A DNA stretch of 63,862 nt, filler included, from Catajapyx aquilonaris (GCA_000934665.2; 3 parts of 3 records of this genome joined end to end with filler, not necessarily neighbours in it), one strand, 5' to 3'. Numbered from the whole stretch's first letter, positions 38,957 to 51,880 are shown. Numbers and translations: made by a program. Notes: generated by a model not told the origin, from the sequence alone.

Positions 38957-41900
38957 AAGTCAGAGGTTTTTTATTAGTTTTAATTGACGATCACTGCTGT
39001 TTCCAGTTAATTCTGCATCGATACTGTGCATAATTTTTTACCGTCAATTTTTTCTCAATAATTTGGGTCCAATAGACAACGAGGGTAGATTCCCATGTGA
39101 CTTGCTTATCCCTCCCCCCTCCCCTTTCCCGCCCTCTCCAAAAAACCGCCAATTAATTTTGGGACTATCCCTCTCGCAGAATTTTATCAGCGCGCTTACA
39201 TGTTGTAATTTGTGCGGGCAGATATGTTCCCACCCCCTTCCTCCCCTCTCCTCCCTCCTCATACACGCACACACACACACACACGCTCGGTTCACTTGAT
39301 CACGTATATATCAGCATGGCGATGATGGTAATGCGGAATAAGGTTATCACCGCGCATAAAGCCTCTCTCTACTGGCCGGATCGCTGCTTATTAGGTATGA
39401 AATTTATGCCTGGACCGCTGATAATAATAATAAGCTGGATCGGCTCGGACAGCCTAATCGCGGAGGCAGGACCCCCCCTCCCACCCCCAACCCTCCAGAC
39501 AAAAACAAACAAAAGACCGCTGGTGGCTGGCCATCATGTGCAGGGTGTGGACCCTCATTCATGGGCATATAAAGCTATATATATACTGCAAGGAAATGCC
39601 TGCGAAAATTTCAGGCAGGTACACCGATGTTGTGTTCATCCTCAGTTTGAATCATTTATGAAACCCCCTTGCATATACATATATTATACCGAATGGAAAT
39701 TACATAGTTGCAACCGGGTAATTATCGGGGCGCACGTGTGCCCCGAGCAGGTTTTCGGATACCGGGTACGGCGGATGTTTTATTCATGTACCGGCGGAGA
39801 AAAGGACAAACCCAAATGCGGGTTGCATCTGCTGTTGAGCTGCTGCTGGCAACACTGCCTGCTGCCTCAAATTTGTAGGTTCCTGAAGGATGTTTCCTAT
39901 TTGAATATTCGAAACCGGGATCCCTTATCGCCGACCCATGTCTTGCATACGATTTGCATAGATTTTGCTGCCCTCCTTTTTTTCCTTTTTTTCTTTTGCA
40001 CACGAGTGAAATTCGTTTTTTTTTTTTTGAGTCACTGATGCCAATTAGAGTGTCGAATAAGAGTTGAGTTGTAATGTAGCAGCAATTTGGTAGCTAATTG
40101 ACGGATGTTAAATTAGTGGAATTGCTATCATGATGCGTGAGGATTAATTCAGGGTGCCTCTTTATAAACCGCCAGAGACTACTGACGACCAGATTAATAT
40201 TAGGCAGTGTACTGTACAAGGTTCTTCAAAAAAGCCATTTGTACAATGGCAAAAAAAAACGAAATGAAATTTTCTCTGAAGTTGTTGTGATGGAGCGTGA
40301 CATGAAGCCGGGTGCAAGGAGCATTGTGTAACTCGATGTGTATGTGTGGCATGTAATCCCCGCCCACATAAATATCAATAGCACATCGGGGCAAGTAGAA
40401 GGCTGCAATTAGTGTCGTGTTTATCACAGGTGTGTTGCAATAGTTATACAAAGATGGCTGGCGAGACACTGTTATTTAAGATCTTGATAACTTAAGCGTT
40501 TGTGTTGTGCTTGAGCATCGTGTGGTGCTTGAGGCTCTCTCTTCATCCCTCCCTCCATCTATTCATGGGGGCCAAATATTTTTCGGGGTCTTGTGGTCTT
40601 GGCCAACCGGTGGGGGAGTCGAGAGTCCCTGCGGTTGTGTAGGAGTGGGAGGGGAGGGGGGTTCAAAGGGTTAAGTGCGCCCTCCCCTTGTTTCCCCCGC
40701 CGAACAACAACCAACCGGTTATTAGGCCCAATCCATCTTATTAGAGGCCCAATTTGCCATCCAACCAGGGGAGAGGAGGGCAGAGGGAAGGAGAGATGAA
40801 GGGTGGGGGGTATAGCAGACCCCCTCTTTACAAAATATCTCATTGCGCTGTGTATATCCAATCATGCATTACATTATTCATTGCTTTTTTTCAACTGTGT
40901 GTACATATGTGTGATGAGGAAGTAAAGGGGCAGAGAGAGAGAGGCATATGTGCGGCGAGAGGAAGGCTTGGCACAGAGTAATTGTTCATCGCGGATATGC
41001 TCTGGAAACGTCACTTTGAATGGATGGGGATGTATGGTATATGGGGAGGAAGGGGGTGGATATAAGCTCTGGCTGACTACTGATTAGGTTGCTCAGTTCT
41101 GATAATCTGATCAGACTATATGGGCTGCTGGATGGCGATGTCACTGGGGCGATTTATGGGTGGCGAGCGCAGGTGACGGTCATGGGAAGTAAAGGCGAGC
41201 GGGAAACCTGCCTGATTGCACACCCAGTCCAGGGGTATATAGCCAGCCATCCAGCCCAGCCAGGGCAGGATGTGAAGGGAACAAGTTCCCCCCCCCCCCT
41301 CCTCCAGCATTATTTCTCTCAATATTCATCGGTTCTTTTGTGTGAACCGGACTCTTGCTGAAATCGGAAATCCAACCGATGATAAGCTGATAGATCTAAA
41401 TCGGATCAGTGACATCGGAATTAGTTGGGCGCCATCTTAGGATGATGCGTGACGTCAGAGTCTCGGCAGCCATCTTGTCATGGCCTCTGACGTCACAAAT
41501 GGGAGCCATTTTCACCTGTTTGTAGGATATAAGTTCTGAAGCCTATTGTTATGATTTTATATTTTCAACAGAAGTATTGTGACGACTCCCACATGTCAGT
41601 TAATGGTAATCCTCATAGTTATCCTTCCCAATGAACTAAGAAGATACAATGTTTATCCTCAAAAAAGCTAAAATGTGCCGTTAATCATATTTATCCTCCA
41701 AATTAGACTTCCCGTTGAACAAGCGCGACGCATGGGTGGCTCTGAAGAGTCAGGATAAATATCGCTTATTTATTGATGCTTATTTCTCGACGTTTTGAAA
41801 TGAAAATTATTTATTGGCGATGAATTTTTAGCGATTTTTAAAACCATGGTATACTCTCTATAAGCGCAGCGTTACAGCTGCTAAGTGTCCTGGCATGAGC

Positions 41901-42698
41901 CAGTATTAAAACCTCAAAAAATGAGAGGTCGGCACTTGCTATTCAAGAGCGCAGGCCGCAAAAGATGATGAAGTCATTTCTGTGCGGCGCATTTTGGTAT
42001 GACCATCAACACAATCATGACAGGGCAGGGCCTGACCATGCATTAAAGTGCGTTCAAGCAGTCTTGCGCAAGGTCGGGTCACGAGCGTGGGCGTCATCAC
42101 CCTGTAACCGCAATCTAAGAAAACAAAAAGCGAGCCATAAAGCCGATGTGGCTGCTTAAGCCGCAGATAAGCAGCCATAAAGCAGCAAGCAGCAGCGGAA
42201 AGACCACCACTTTTGTTCTCTCTCTCTTTCTTTCTTTTTTATTTTTTGGTTTTTTTTTTCTTCTTCTCTCCCTCTCCGTGCGTATACAACCCACCCCTAG
42301 ATTGGGGTCAGTGTGACCAGATTCAGGGGGCAATTCATTCAATTGTCTTGATTAGGCGTCAACACCAAAATGATACCCTTTAGTCGCGCCTTAATCATCG
42401 GCCCAGCAAACGTGTGGGCCACTCCCTGTCAGAATTGCGCCTTATTTTTGGGAGAACGTTATTATTTTTATTTTATTTTTTGCTTTGGTCCGGTGAAGGG
42501 GGCACGCGACGTGCTATCTCAAAAATGGGCCCGTTTGGCCTGGCAACTCTGGGTGTTAATTAGTGCCCGGTGACACTTTACTGTCCCGTGTTTTTTTTTT
42601 GAGTCATGCTGCTGGGCGTTGTCTGTGCATTTAAACTTAATAAATTCTAGCGATTAATGCCTCTAGGGGGGGACTAACCCCCCTCTGGCTCGAATGCT

Positions 42699-42798
42699 NN
42701 NNNNNNNNNNNNNNNNNNNNNNNNNNNNNNNNNNNNNNNNNNTTAATTAATTAANNNNNNNNNNNNNNNNNNNNNNNNNNNNNNNNNNNNNNNNNNNN
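42699..42798. other. Artificial scaffold-joining spacer N44-TTAATTAATTAA-N44
   Basis: Identical to the spacer at 21183-21282. Confidence 0.95.
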
Positions 42799-43199
42799 TC
42801 TTATTGATCTCTTAGCAACGACCTGCTTATAAACAAGCAGCTTGTTGATTTTTCCAATAACTGTTGGTGCCACAGAGTTGGATCACCCTGTATATCGTAA
42901 ATACTTTCCCTAACTCCCTTTTAATTTATATTTGCATAATTCTTAATTCTGAAACCTAATAAATAAAAGCAGCACAGAATGAGTGATGTGACACTGCAGC
43001 GCATGGTATTATTGCGCAGCAATTAAAAAAAATTAACTGGTAAGACTAATAATATTTTTGATTTTCATTTGTCATTCTCTTATTACGGTATTATTAACTT
43101 ACCCTTTTCCTGAAGTTGAAGTCTTGATAACAACATAGCTAATTATAGATTGATATAAAAGTAGAAATCTGTTGTTTTATTATTTTTATCCAAAGAATG

Positions 43200-43429
43200 A
43201 TGGTAAGAAATTAGTTGCACATTAACAAAAAATGTATTTTAAATGTATTTACAAAAGTATGTAAATACTTTTGATGTATTTAGTAGCCTATCTAATTGCT
43301 TTCCTATACAGTATTTAGTATTTAATTACATTTTTATGCAGTAGTTAGTATTTAGTTTTTAATTACATTTTTATGCAGTAGTTAGTATTTGGTATTTAAT
43401 TACATTCAAGTATTTAGTGCCCATCACTG
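43200..43429. repeat. ~40-bp AT-rich tandem repeats ending in a hAT-like terminus GCCCATCACTG
   Basis: Repeated taattacatttttatgcagtagttagtattt units followed by gcccatcactg. Confidence 0.5.
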
Positions 43430-43710
43430 CTGACCTCCTTGGAGTCCACTGCTGTAAACTGTACGAAGGTCATTCTCCCAGTAGAACCAAGTGTTGAGAG
43501 CAAATCCAGACTTGCGCAGGACCTCCTGTAGGACCATCTGCACTCACCTGCGCACTCTTCTTCACCACCACTTCCTCCATGTCATCCATAAATTGATCCG
43601 AAGTTGCCTCCCACACATCCAACTTGACTGGAAAATGTCGCTAGTAATAGCTATGCCTCCATTTAAGTCCAACACTGTACTTTTCCAGGTCCAGTGCACC
43701 CTCCCCAATC
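43430..43710 (-). mobile_element. RTE-clade LINE endonuclease remnant
   Basis: Frameshifted minus-strand translation QVGC..ATSDQFMDDMEEVV resembles the RTE APE region (APQVGC..EK..FW..L.EV). Confidence 0.45.
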
Positions 43711-43730
43711 AGTAGTATCTTATCATTTAA

Positions 43731-44017
43731 CCCTGGAACCGTGCCGTGGGGTCTTTTTGGACCCCAAGGAATTGAAATGCATTAAAATGATAATTACAAT
43801 GAAATTTTGCCATTTTTTACAGTATGTAACAGAAAGTGCATATTCATTTCGAATTAGCGATCCTTTTAGGCATTGTTCAAAATATGATTGTATATAGTCA
43901 ATACATTGAAAAGTATGATATAATAATTAACAAAAATTAACATATGGATGGGGTCCGAAAAGACCCCACGGCAAGGTTTCCATAATAGCTACTCTCAGGC
44001 ACGGCACGGTTCCAGGG
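43731..44017. mobile_element. 287-bp piggyBac-type MITE
   Basis: TTAA TSD on both sides. Perfect 18-bp TIR CCCTGGAACCGTGCCGTG. Subterminal inverted GGGGTC(n)GACCCC repeats. Confidence 0.93.
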
Positions 44018-44977
44018 TTAAGGGCCTGTTTCCAATCACATAATTAGTGAATGACAGCTCGCAAGTGGAAAAAAGCAGCTGACTCCCATTTTCTAAAGTT
44101 CCAACTTTATATCACTTATTGTAAAACTAACCATATTTGGCAGTACACAGGAAAATCATAAGTGCCCAGAAAATATGTTTTAAAATTATATGTACTCAGT
44201 GGGATTTGTGCACCAAAAGGACTTGCATTGATGATACGATTTGGGCCTATTTCAAATGTGTGCACAGCAGGGTCAATATCTTGAGCGGTTTTTCACACAA
44301 AGTTTTTCAAAAGAAATAAAGATGGAAGCACACTTTCAAGCTCATGAATATTGCAGATGATGGTGATAAGTCAGATGTCAGAAGTCAGATATGTAAGTCA
44401 GAACTTTACAAAACAGGGTACCATAACTTAAGTCACCACATTTCATCCACACCTGGTCTTGGCCAAGTCACTGTAGTCACTGTCCTCTGTTTTGGAGGAT
44501 GCAGTGTAGAGACCCTCCGAGCACAAGGAAAGACCCAGTGACTCGAGGTCATACTCATCTGCCCTTGCATAACCACCATGTTGGCACACACAAAGTATTA
44601 AATATACCAGGGTAAGTACGAAAGACAGTGCTATAAAATCATACGATGACGATTTTTGTGAATGGTACAACATGCAAGAACCTCTGACAGCATACCATAC
44701 GTATAATATATGAATGCAGATATTTTGAGGTCCCCAGAAAAAGGAACTTGTACGGCTTGCCCTCCTATCCTCCAACACATTTCCATCTTCTTTTGCAATG
44801 TATAACAAAAATAATAATAGTAATAAATCTGTTTATTTGCTTTTTTTCAAAATGTAAACAAAAGGATAAAGTTTTTAATGAATTAATCACATAACAGAAG
44901 TAGAAAATGTAACTATAAACCCTATTAATGTTGTAACATAGAAATCCTGAGCAAGTGGAATAATAATAATAAATAAT

Positions 44978-45092
<115 letters not shown>

Positions 45093-45224
45093 TTCATTTC
45101 ACAGGGATTTTGAGAGGCAGCTGGGTCAGTCCTGGAGTGCAGGAGATCAACACCTGATTCGAGTGTGTCTCCAATCAGCCGTACTCATCCCAGCGTATGT
45201 TGCCTGCATAATTATCATCAAGGT

Positions 45225-45440
45225 AAGGAGTAAAATGCTCTCAATATAGTGAAGGGTCTTCCACCTCTAAGGTCCCGAGGTCGATCCCCGGAACGAACAG
45301 AGGATACTTCTGTGGATTGAGTTTCGATGGGTTTTCTCTGTGTTCGCATGGATTTTCTTGGGGTTCTCCCATTTCCTCCTACTATCAAAATCCATCACAG
45401 CAAAGGCAATGATTAAAGTCGGTCAATAAAAAGATGATCC
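45225..45440 (+). mobile_element. Degenerate tRNA-derived SINE
   Basis: B-box-like aggtcgatcccc followed by a gggttttct...ctcccatttcctcc SINE-type body. Confidence 0.45.
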
Positions 45441-45467
45441 CCTAAAAAACCCGAGCCTTATCCAATA

Positions 45468-45518
45468 CTGTTGTTATTGTTGTTGTGGTTGTTGTTGTTG
45501 TTGTTGTTGTTGTTGTGG

Positions 45519-45578
<60 letters not shown>
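45468..45578. repeat. (GTT)n(ATT)n compound microsatellite
   Basis: Directly visible. Confidence 0.97.
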
Positions 45579-45579
<1 letters not shown>

Positions 45580-45705
45580 GCAGTGAAGGCTGTCTATAAC
45601 AGACCCTATACAGTGAAAAGTTGCCCAATGCATAATTTTCTGTTCTGGCAAGTTGTCCATACAATAATATTGAAACATGTTCAGTACTGATCTAATGACT
45701 GGGGA

Positions 45706-45719
45706 ACAACAACAACAAC

Positions 45720-45796
<77 letters not shown>

Positions 45797-45812
45797 GATC
45801 ATGATGATGATG
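45706..45812. repeat. (CAA)n(TAA)n(GAT)n compound microsatellite
   Basis: Directly visible. Confidence 0.97.
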
Positions 45813-45987
45813 CATTTCAGAGGGATTTTCTAAGACAGCTGAGACAGTTAAGAATCAGAGGTGGTAAAACAATTACTCCAGCATTTCATCTACCACTATC
45901 CATTGCTCAAGTGATCATCTCCAACAGTGGGACACAATAAAATAATATGAATCACACAGGTGAGTTCCAGCATCACATTTGGATATA

Positions 45988-46450
45988 CGAGGTGTGATCC
46001 CAAATTTTCTGGACTGCTGGTGCCACCGGGTGAAAAACTCATTTTCAGACTAGTTGTCTCCATCACCCTCAAAGTAGTCAACTTGGGCTCGTATACAACT
46101 ATCCCAGCGAATTTCCATTTTTTGGAAGCACCCCCAAAAAATTGGCCAACTGTAGCGCGTTCAGCACCTGCTGCGATTTTGCTTAGATCTCTTTAGTGGA
46201 GTCAAAATGCCTCCTTTTCAACCCTAATTTCATTTTAGGAAAGATATAGAAATCACATTGGGCCAGGACAAACGAATAGGGAGGGTGGGGGACCATGGTC
46301 GTGTTGTTTTTTTGTCAGGAAGTCCCTGACTATACGCGTGAGGTGTAGGAGCATTGTCACGGTGCAACAATCAGCCTCTGTTCTCCCACATTTCCGGCCA
46401 TTTCAGCGTAAATCGTCTCAAATCATCATAGCAAGACTTCCTGTTGACAA
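45988..46450 (-). mobile_element. Mariner transposon remnant (3' end of transposase plus TIR)
   Basis: TA|CGAGGTGTGATC terminus. Minus-strand PHPPYSFVLAQCDF at about 46249-46291 is a degenerate PHPPYSPDLAPxDF mariner motif. Confidence 0.8.
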
Positions 46451-46494
46451 TTTCATAACTTGTGGTGGCGTAATGTAAGTGGTGGCGTAGGTGG

Positions 46495-46977
46495 TCGTAG
46501 GTGGCAACTACCCCGGTCAGTTTTATAAAACAATTAGAAATACGGCAGTAATCAATTTATTTATTACGGGCGTATGGCGTGACGTCGTCACGTCCTTTCT
46601 GTTCGAATTGAGCCTGCCGTGCAGGGCAAATGCAAGGTAAGAGTGCAGTGGTTTGAAGCTGGTTGATGGGTTTTTAGCCTTGTGGTTTGCACTGAAAAAG
46701 GTGCTCTCATGCTACACCGGCAGAGTACTGAACACACTCCTGTACAGTACCCTACTGGTGTAGCATGAGAGCGCCTTTTTCAGTGCAACCCGCAAAGCTA
46801 AAAACCCGTCAACCAGCTTCAAACCACTGCACTCTTACCTTGCATTTGCCGCGCGCGCCAGGCTCAATTCGAACAGAAAGGACGTGACGTCACGCCATAC
46901 GGCAGTAATAAATAAATTGATTGCTGCCGTATTTCTAATTGTTTTATAAATACGACCAGGGTAGTCGCCACCTACGA
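46495..46977. repeat. Near-perfect ~480-bp palindrome (foldback MITE)
   Basis: About 235-bp arms around a ~14-nt loop (aacacactcctgta). Confidence 0.92.
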
Positions 46978-47632
46978 TTTTTCCCCGCCCCCTCGCGCGC
47001 CCTGGACCCGTGACTCTGATACACCCTGTATACTGTATAGTTCACCTCAAAAGGGCAAAATTCATATTAAGTTTAGTATAATATGTTTTGCTTTGGACAG
47101 CAATGCAACCAAATCAGAATTTTGCATTTTCTGGTCAATATTATTCCTTTCCTCTGTTTGATTTAGCTGGTAATCTTTTTTTCCTACAATTCGCCTGTAG
47201 CCAGTGTAAGAATTCTCTTACTTCCCAAAAGTATACTGTACAGTACATCGACAGTCAACTTCTACCCCTTGGTTGCACTGTAGTTCTGATCACTTCAATG
47301 CAATGGCTCGAACTGAATAAAAGTGATAAGCCAGTCTAGTGTAATGTTCAGCATTCAGTCAGTCATTTAGGATGTCCTGGTAGTTCAATCCTTGGTGCCA
47401 ACCACCTTGTCTCTGGTTTTCTGTAGTGATCCTAGAAAACTTCCAAGGAGATTCTGGAATAGTTTCCTTTCAAAAATGACCACATCCATTTCCCATATTC
47501 TGCATCCTTTCTTCATGAGTTGTCATACGTAAGTTGACTGACTGCAATGGCTAAAGAATAAATGGTTTGACAAAGAGAGGCCTGCTGGAAGCCATGACAC
47601 CTGATTACTCCTCCCTGACCCCCCCCAGATAA

Positions 47633-47811
47633 ATAGTGAAATCTCGATTTATCGTTCTAAAATCTATTGGTTTCTCAGATCCATCATTCAATAATTGAAA
47701 CAAACATTGCGTAATATAGGTTCCTGTATTTATCGTTTTCCTGTAGCCTATTTGTCAGTTTTTTCAAGGGTCCTGAGAAAATAGATTTAAGTTAAATCAA
47801 AGATTCACTGT
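47633..47811. mobile_element. Degenerate pogo/Tigger-like MITE
   Basis: atagtgaaatctcgatttatcg ... aaatcaaagattcactgta. Confidence 0.4.
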
Positions 47812-48157
47812 AAATTATTAACTTCGTCCCATACCTAAAGAATTTTATGATAGTGACTGGCACCAATATGGCTGTATGTATACAATAGCCTCACGATAAC
47901 TCAATCTGGACCTGTCAATCATCCCAGGCAGGTCTAACAAGTAAGTCCAATGCCCCCAGTCATTTCCATACCAATCTGTTCTCTACTTCTCTTTACCAAT
48001 GTGGTTTTACTAGAATTGGAAAGACCACAAAACTCTGGTTAAAAAACTATTAGGCCAAGATGATTGACAGTTCCAAAGTATCACATAGCTACTGTATGAA
48101 GTGACAAGGTGGTAGACAGAATAAACCAACCACTGGTGTGTGTAACGTGTGGCAATT

Positions 48158-48441
48158 ACCGAAGCAGTTTGGAGTAGGGGATATGGTGTCCGACTGCTAA
48201 TCGGGAGGTCCTGGGATCAAATCCCGGGGCCGGCAACTCGGACCATGGTTTTCAGTGTTTGCCCACGGTCCTTCCAGGAAAATTCCGGAGTTGCGTCTGT
48301 AATTAATTGGCCACAGCTGCATCCTTCCGTCCCTATCCTATACCAAAAAGCGCAGAAAATGAAAGCAAAGAGTTCCAGGCAAAACAAAAAATCTTCCCCC
48401 CCAAAGAGCCGATAGGCTGATAACGGGGTATGGATTATTAT
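48158..48441 (+). mobile_element. tRNA-derived SINE, copy 1
   Basis: Anticodon-like stem ccga-ctGCTaa-tcgg, B-box ggatcaaatcc and (ATT)n tail. 15-bp TSD taa(c/t)gtgtggcaatt at 48143 and 48442. Confidence 0.9.
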
Positions 48442-48521
48442 TAATGTGTGGCAATTTCTGTGGGTGTGCTGGTCAGTTACATATTCTAGGAATTTTTATT
48501 TCTAATGTTATTTATTGGCAG

Positions 48522-48808
48522 GAAGCAACATGGCTGAAGGGCAACTAGCAGCAGCCACAAGCATGCCTGAGCAAGATGCAGGAAGCTTCAAGGGAAAAAA
48601 CTCCAGATGTACAAAAATAGAGAACCATGGAAATGCACAGGTGCCCAAGCTCATAATTGTGCACGATAATGGGCAATACTCGATTAAAAAAGAAAAGGAA
48701 GCAATAGAAGTGGAGGGAGAGGTAGGAGGTGAAAGTCAGAAGCAACAAGTGCAAAAGTTGAAAATTCAATTATTACTCAATGGACGCTATGAAGTGAAAA
48801 AGTCATAA
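48522..48808 (+). CDS. Candidate terminal coding exon of an unidentified gene
   Basis: Pyrimidine-rich acceptor ...ttatttattggcag| followed by a 95-codon open E/K-rich frame to TAA. No recognisable domain. Confidence 0.3.
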
Positions 48809-49035
48809 AGTTTCACAAGAAAAAAAGATACATTTGAATTTTATTCTAAATATTTATCATACATACATTTTTAACTTCTGTTAACCCTGTACCGCGCATT
48901 GTGGCCTGAGGGCAACAATTAATTTGTGCAGGTGCCATAAGCTTCAACGTTGGTCCTGAAAACCACAGTGTGGCTTGATGTCACAGTTTGTTAGCTTCCG
49001 CCAGATGACAAGCAATGTTGACAATGATACGATCA

Positions 49036-49337
49036 ACCGAAGCAGTTTTGAGCAGGGGATATGGTGTCCGACTGCTAATCGGGAGGTCCTGGGATCCAAT
49101 CCTGGGGTCGGCAACTCTGACCGTGGTTTTCTGTGGCTTCCCACGGTCCTTCCAGGAGAATTCCGGAGTTGCTTCCGTAATTAATAGGCCACACCCGCTT
49201 CCATCCGTCCCTATCCTATCCCACAGAGTACAGTAAAATGAAATGCAAATAGTTCCAGGCAAAAGAAACTTCCCCCCTAAGAAGCCGAAAAAGGCTGATA
49301 ACTGGGTATGAATTATAAAAACAATTATAGAATTATT
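49036..49337 (+). mobile_element. tRNA-derived SINE, copy 2 (same family as 48158)
   Basis: Highly similar to copy 1. 13-bp TSD acaatgatac(g/a)at at 49021 and 49338. Confidence 0.9.
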
Positions 49338-49670
49338 ACAATGATACAATTAGGATACGGTATGAAGCGGAGAGAAGCCAAGGTTATTGAAAATGGAGCG
49401 AAATTTGAATTTGCTGAAGCAGCAATTGTTGAGCTGATTAGATATAGGTGCAGACATGAAATATCCAGTTACATGTGTAAACTGCAAAGAGTCGCTCTCT
49501 TGTCGCCATTTGCGGCCATTCTATTTGCCAGGACAATTTCATCACAATTTTTTGGCAGCGCAGGCACAATATTGCGTGAGGTTTGAGTCGTAAGTCATTG
49601 TTCGTATTTTTATTCAAAAACGGTAACATGTACAGATTTGACCACTACTATGTTTTATTATATTGGATTT

Positions 49671-50490
49671 CTAAAAGGCGTTTGGTACACCATCTGGACC
49701 TGGGGCTGAATTCAATTTCAACCTTCTGCAAACAGAATCAAAATCATCCACCGATATTGGAGCATCCAAAATTGGATCAGAGGACTGGAGGTTGTCGAGT
49801 GAAAAAGGAATAGCTTCTTGTTCAGAAGAGACTGGATTTAAATACTCCCACCATAACGTTTCATCCAGTTGTTTGCCACCCTTCCTACTGTGCACATAGG
49901 GGTTCACTCTGACGCCCCAAGCAAAAACCCTGTATGTGTGGTTTTAGTCATTACGAGATAATCGCATTTGAAGGTCGCACTTTCCATTGACAATGATATA
50001 CACTACATACATGGTTTTACTATGTCTCTAACTTTGCAATGGAGGCTCGTAGACAAACAAGGTTTCTACCATTACATGGGCCGCATAAAGGGGAGTGCAG
50101 TGGTATGCTTAGCTGAACATACATGGTTTTTGCACCTACATGGTTTTTGCTTGGGGCGTCAGCTCTGTACTCCATAAAATCTTTGAGGAGGTTGCATGTA
50201 AAAGGGGTTTGAAAAGTAGATGCCATGTATCTTCTGTTTTTCACTTTAATGTGAGCTTTGTGTAATTTAATCGCCTCCAGATATTGATCTCTGTGCTTAA
50301 CCTCATGTGTGTCTGCCCAATTTTTAACTTTGTTCGCACTTCCATCTTTTCCTGTTTCAACCCCTCATCAAACCATATCGCTTTCCTCCTCCTCAGATTG
50401 TTTGGGTTAACTTCCCTCACCTCACACCTCAATCCAAATTCTGTCAAAAGTTCCACAATTAATTTCCGCACTTTGTCCGCATCCTCCTCC
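49671..50490 (-). mobile_element. Non-LTR retrotransposon ORF2 fragment (pre-RT region), interrupted by a MITE
   Basis: DPILDAPISVDDFDSVCRRLKLNSAPGPDGVPNAF is the classic pre-RT KAPGPDG motif. An upstream ...WFDEGLKQEKMEVR segment also fits. Confidence 0.75.
49909..50162. mobile_element. MITE with ~26-bp TIRs
   Basis: ctgacgccccaagcaaaaacc versus ggtttttgcttggggcgtcag. Confidence 0.8.
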
Positions 50491-51783
50491 GNNNNNNNNN
50501 NNNNNNNNNNNNNNNNNNNNNNNNNNNNNNNNNCCCCCCCCCCCCCCCCCCGCCCCGCTAGTAGACCATCCCATTCTGCATTTTGAAGCTCCGGTGCTAA
50601 AAAAAGAAAGCCATCCTCAGGAATTATGGTATGGAATTTTTTGGATTTCACACTGGATGGGATTTGCGCGGGCGAATCGGCCCATATGGTGGCATTAACA
50701 GGAGAATGGTCCGACTGGGGCGCAGGAAGCATGTTGCTCATCACACCCTTCAGAGTGCTATGTGCATGTGAGGAATACACCTGACCCGGTGGCCATGCCT
50801 TCGTTTTGTCTTTTTCCATACCGTATATTTGCGGTGGAGTGGAGAGAGTAAGCTTTGTGGATTACACGTAATATAACTGTAATGGCCACATCTCTGCTTA
50901 ACAGTTTCCAAGGCCCGGGAATAAATTGTCATCAATTTTTACCCCCTGCTCCCCCCTCCCCCACCTCCCGTTTGCGCTTTTTAATGGGTAATAGCTGTGA
51001 ATGGCGCTCAATTACTGCCACTGCATTGCCTCTCCATTGCATTGCAAAGGGGCAAGAGGTATGCCAAAATGTTGATGCTTTCTTCCATATGGCGAAATAA
51101 ACGGAGCTGTATGTCATCCAGGCCGACCTTCAAGGCCACGCCAGACTTCTACAAGTATTCCTTCAATTCCCAGCTGTCCATGGTCTTATCTGCACCTAGT
51201 GTTGTTCCCCCCTCTCCTGCCCCCTCCTATACCACGTGACTCAGCCAGGCAAGAGTAGCCGAGGTCAACGAGCAAGGTTAAGGTTATCTGGCCAGACTGT
51301 AACCTGCATGCCGGGACATAACTTTATTCACTGATGATACAACAATAAAGTCAACACTTTCCATAGTCCGCCAGGTACTTATTGCCGTGCAGACTTACGT
51401 ACTTACGTATGGTACATTGGTGTATTGGCTTGGTTCCCATAGGCTGCTGATGCTGCTGGTAAGGCGTCTGGTCCTGCAGCTGGGCTCTGCTCCCTGTGAC
51501 TGCACTGTCCGACGGTACACGCTGAGCCCTGGCCAGTCCTGACGTTTCAGCTCGCGGGCTCACTCTCTGGCCCCGCCTGCCTTCACTTCTGTGCACCTGC
51601 TGGGGCATCCTGGACGGTGTCGTAACTTAGGCTGGATGTCTTGCACCGGCTGGCCTCCTTTGGAGGAAACTGTGTAATCCGTCCATTGGAGTAAAAAGTA
51701 ATTGAGGGGCCTCTGCAATAACAAGGTAAGTGAAAGGAGAGTTTTCAGCTCTGCGAAGACTGTATTAAATTTAACTGCCACCC

Positions 51784-51880
51784 ATTTAATGTACTATAAC
51801 AATTCTTTGTATATATTCGAATGGAGACCAGGCTTGTCTCCATTGGAATATATACAAAGGATTGTTATAGTACATTAAAT
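51784..51880. repeat. 97-nt near-perfect hairpin
   Basis: atttaatgtactataacaattctttgtatatattcgaatggagac / gtctccattggaatatatacaaaggattgttatagtacattaaat. Confidence 0.9.

Noticed and set aside
39316..40038. 240-aa ORF
   Set aside because: No domain, non-coding-like composition, and no clear splice signals.
48158..48240. tRNA-Ser(GCT) gene
   Set aside because: Degenerate acceptor stem and no long variable arm. It is followed by a SINE body, tail and TSD.
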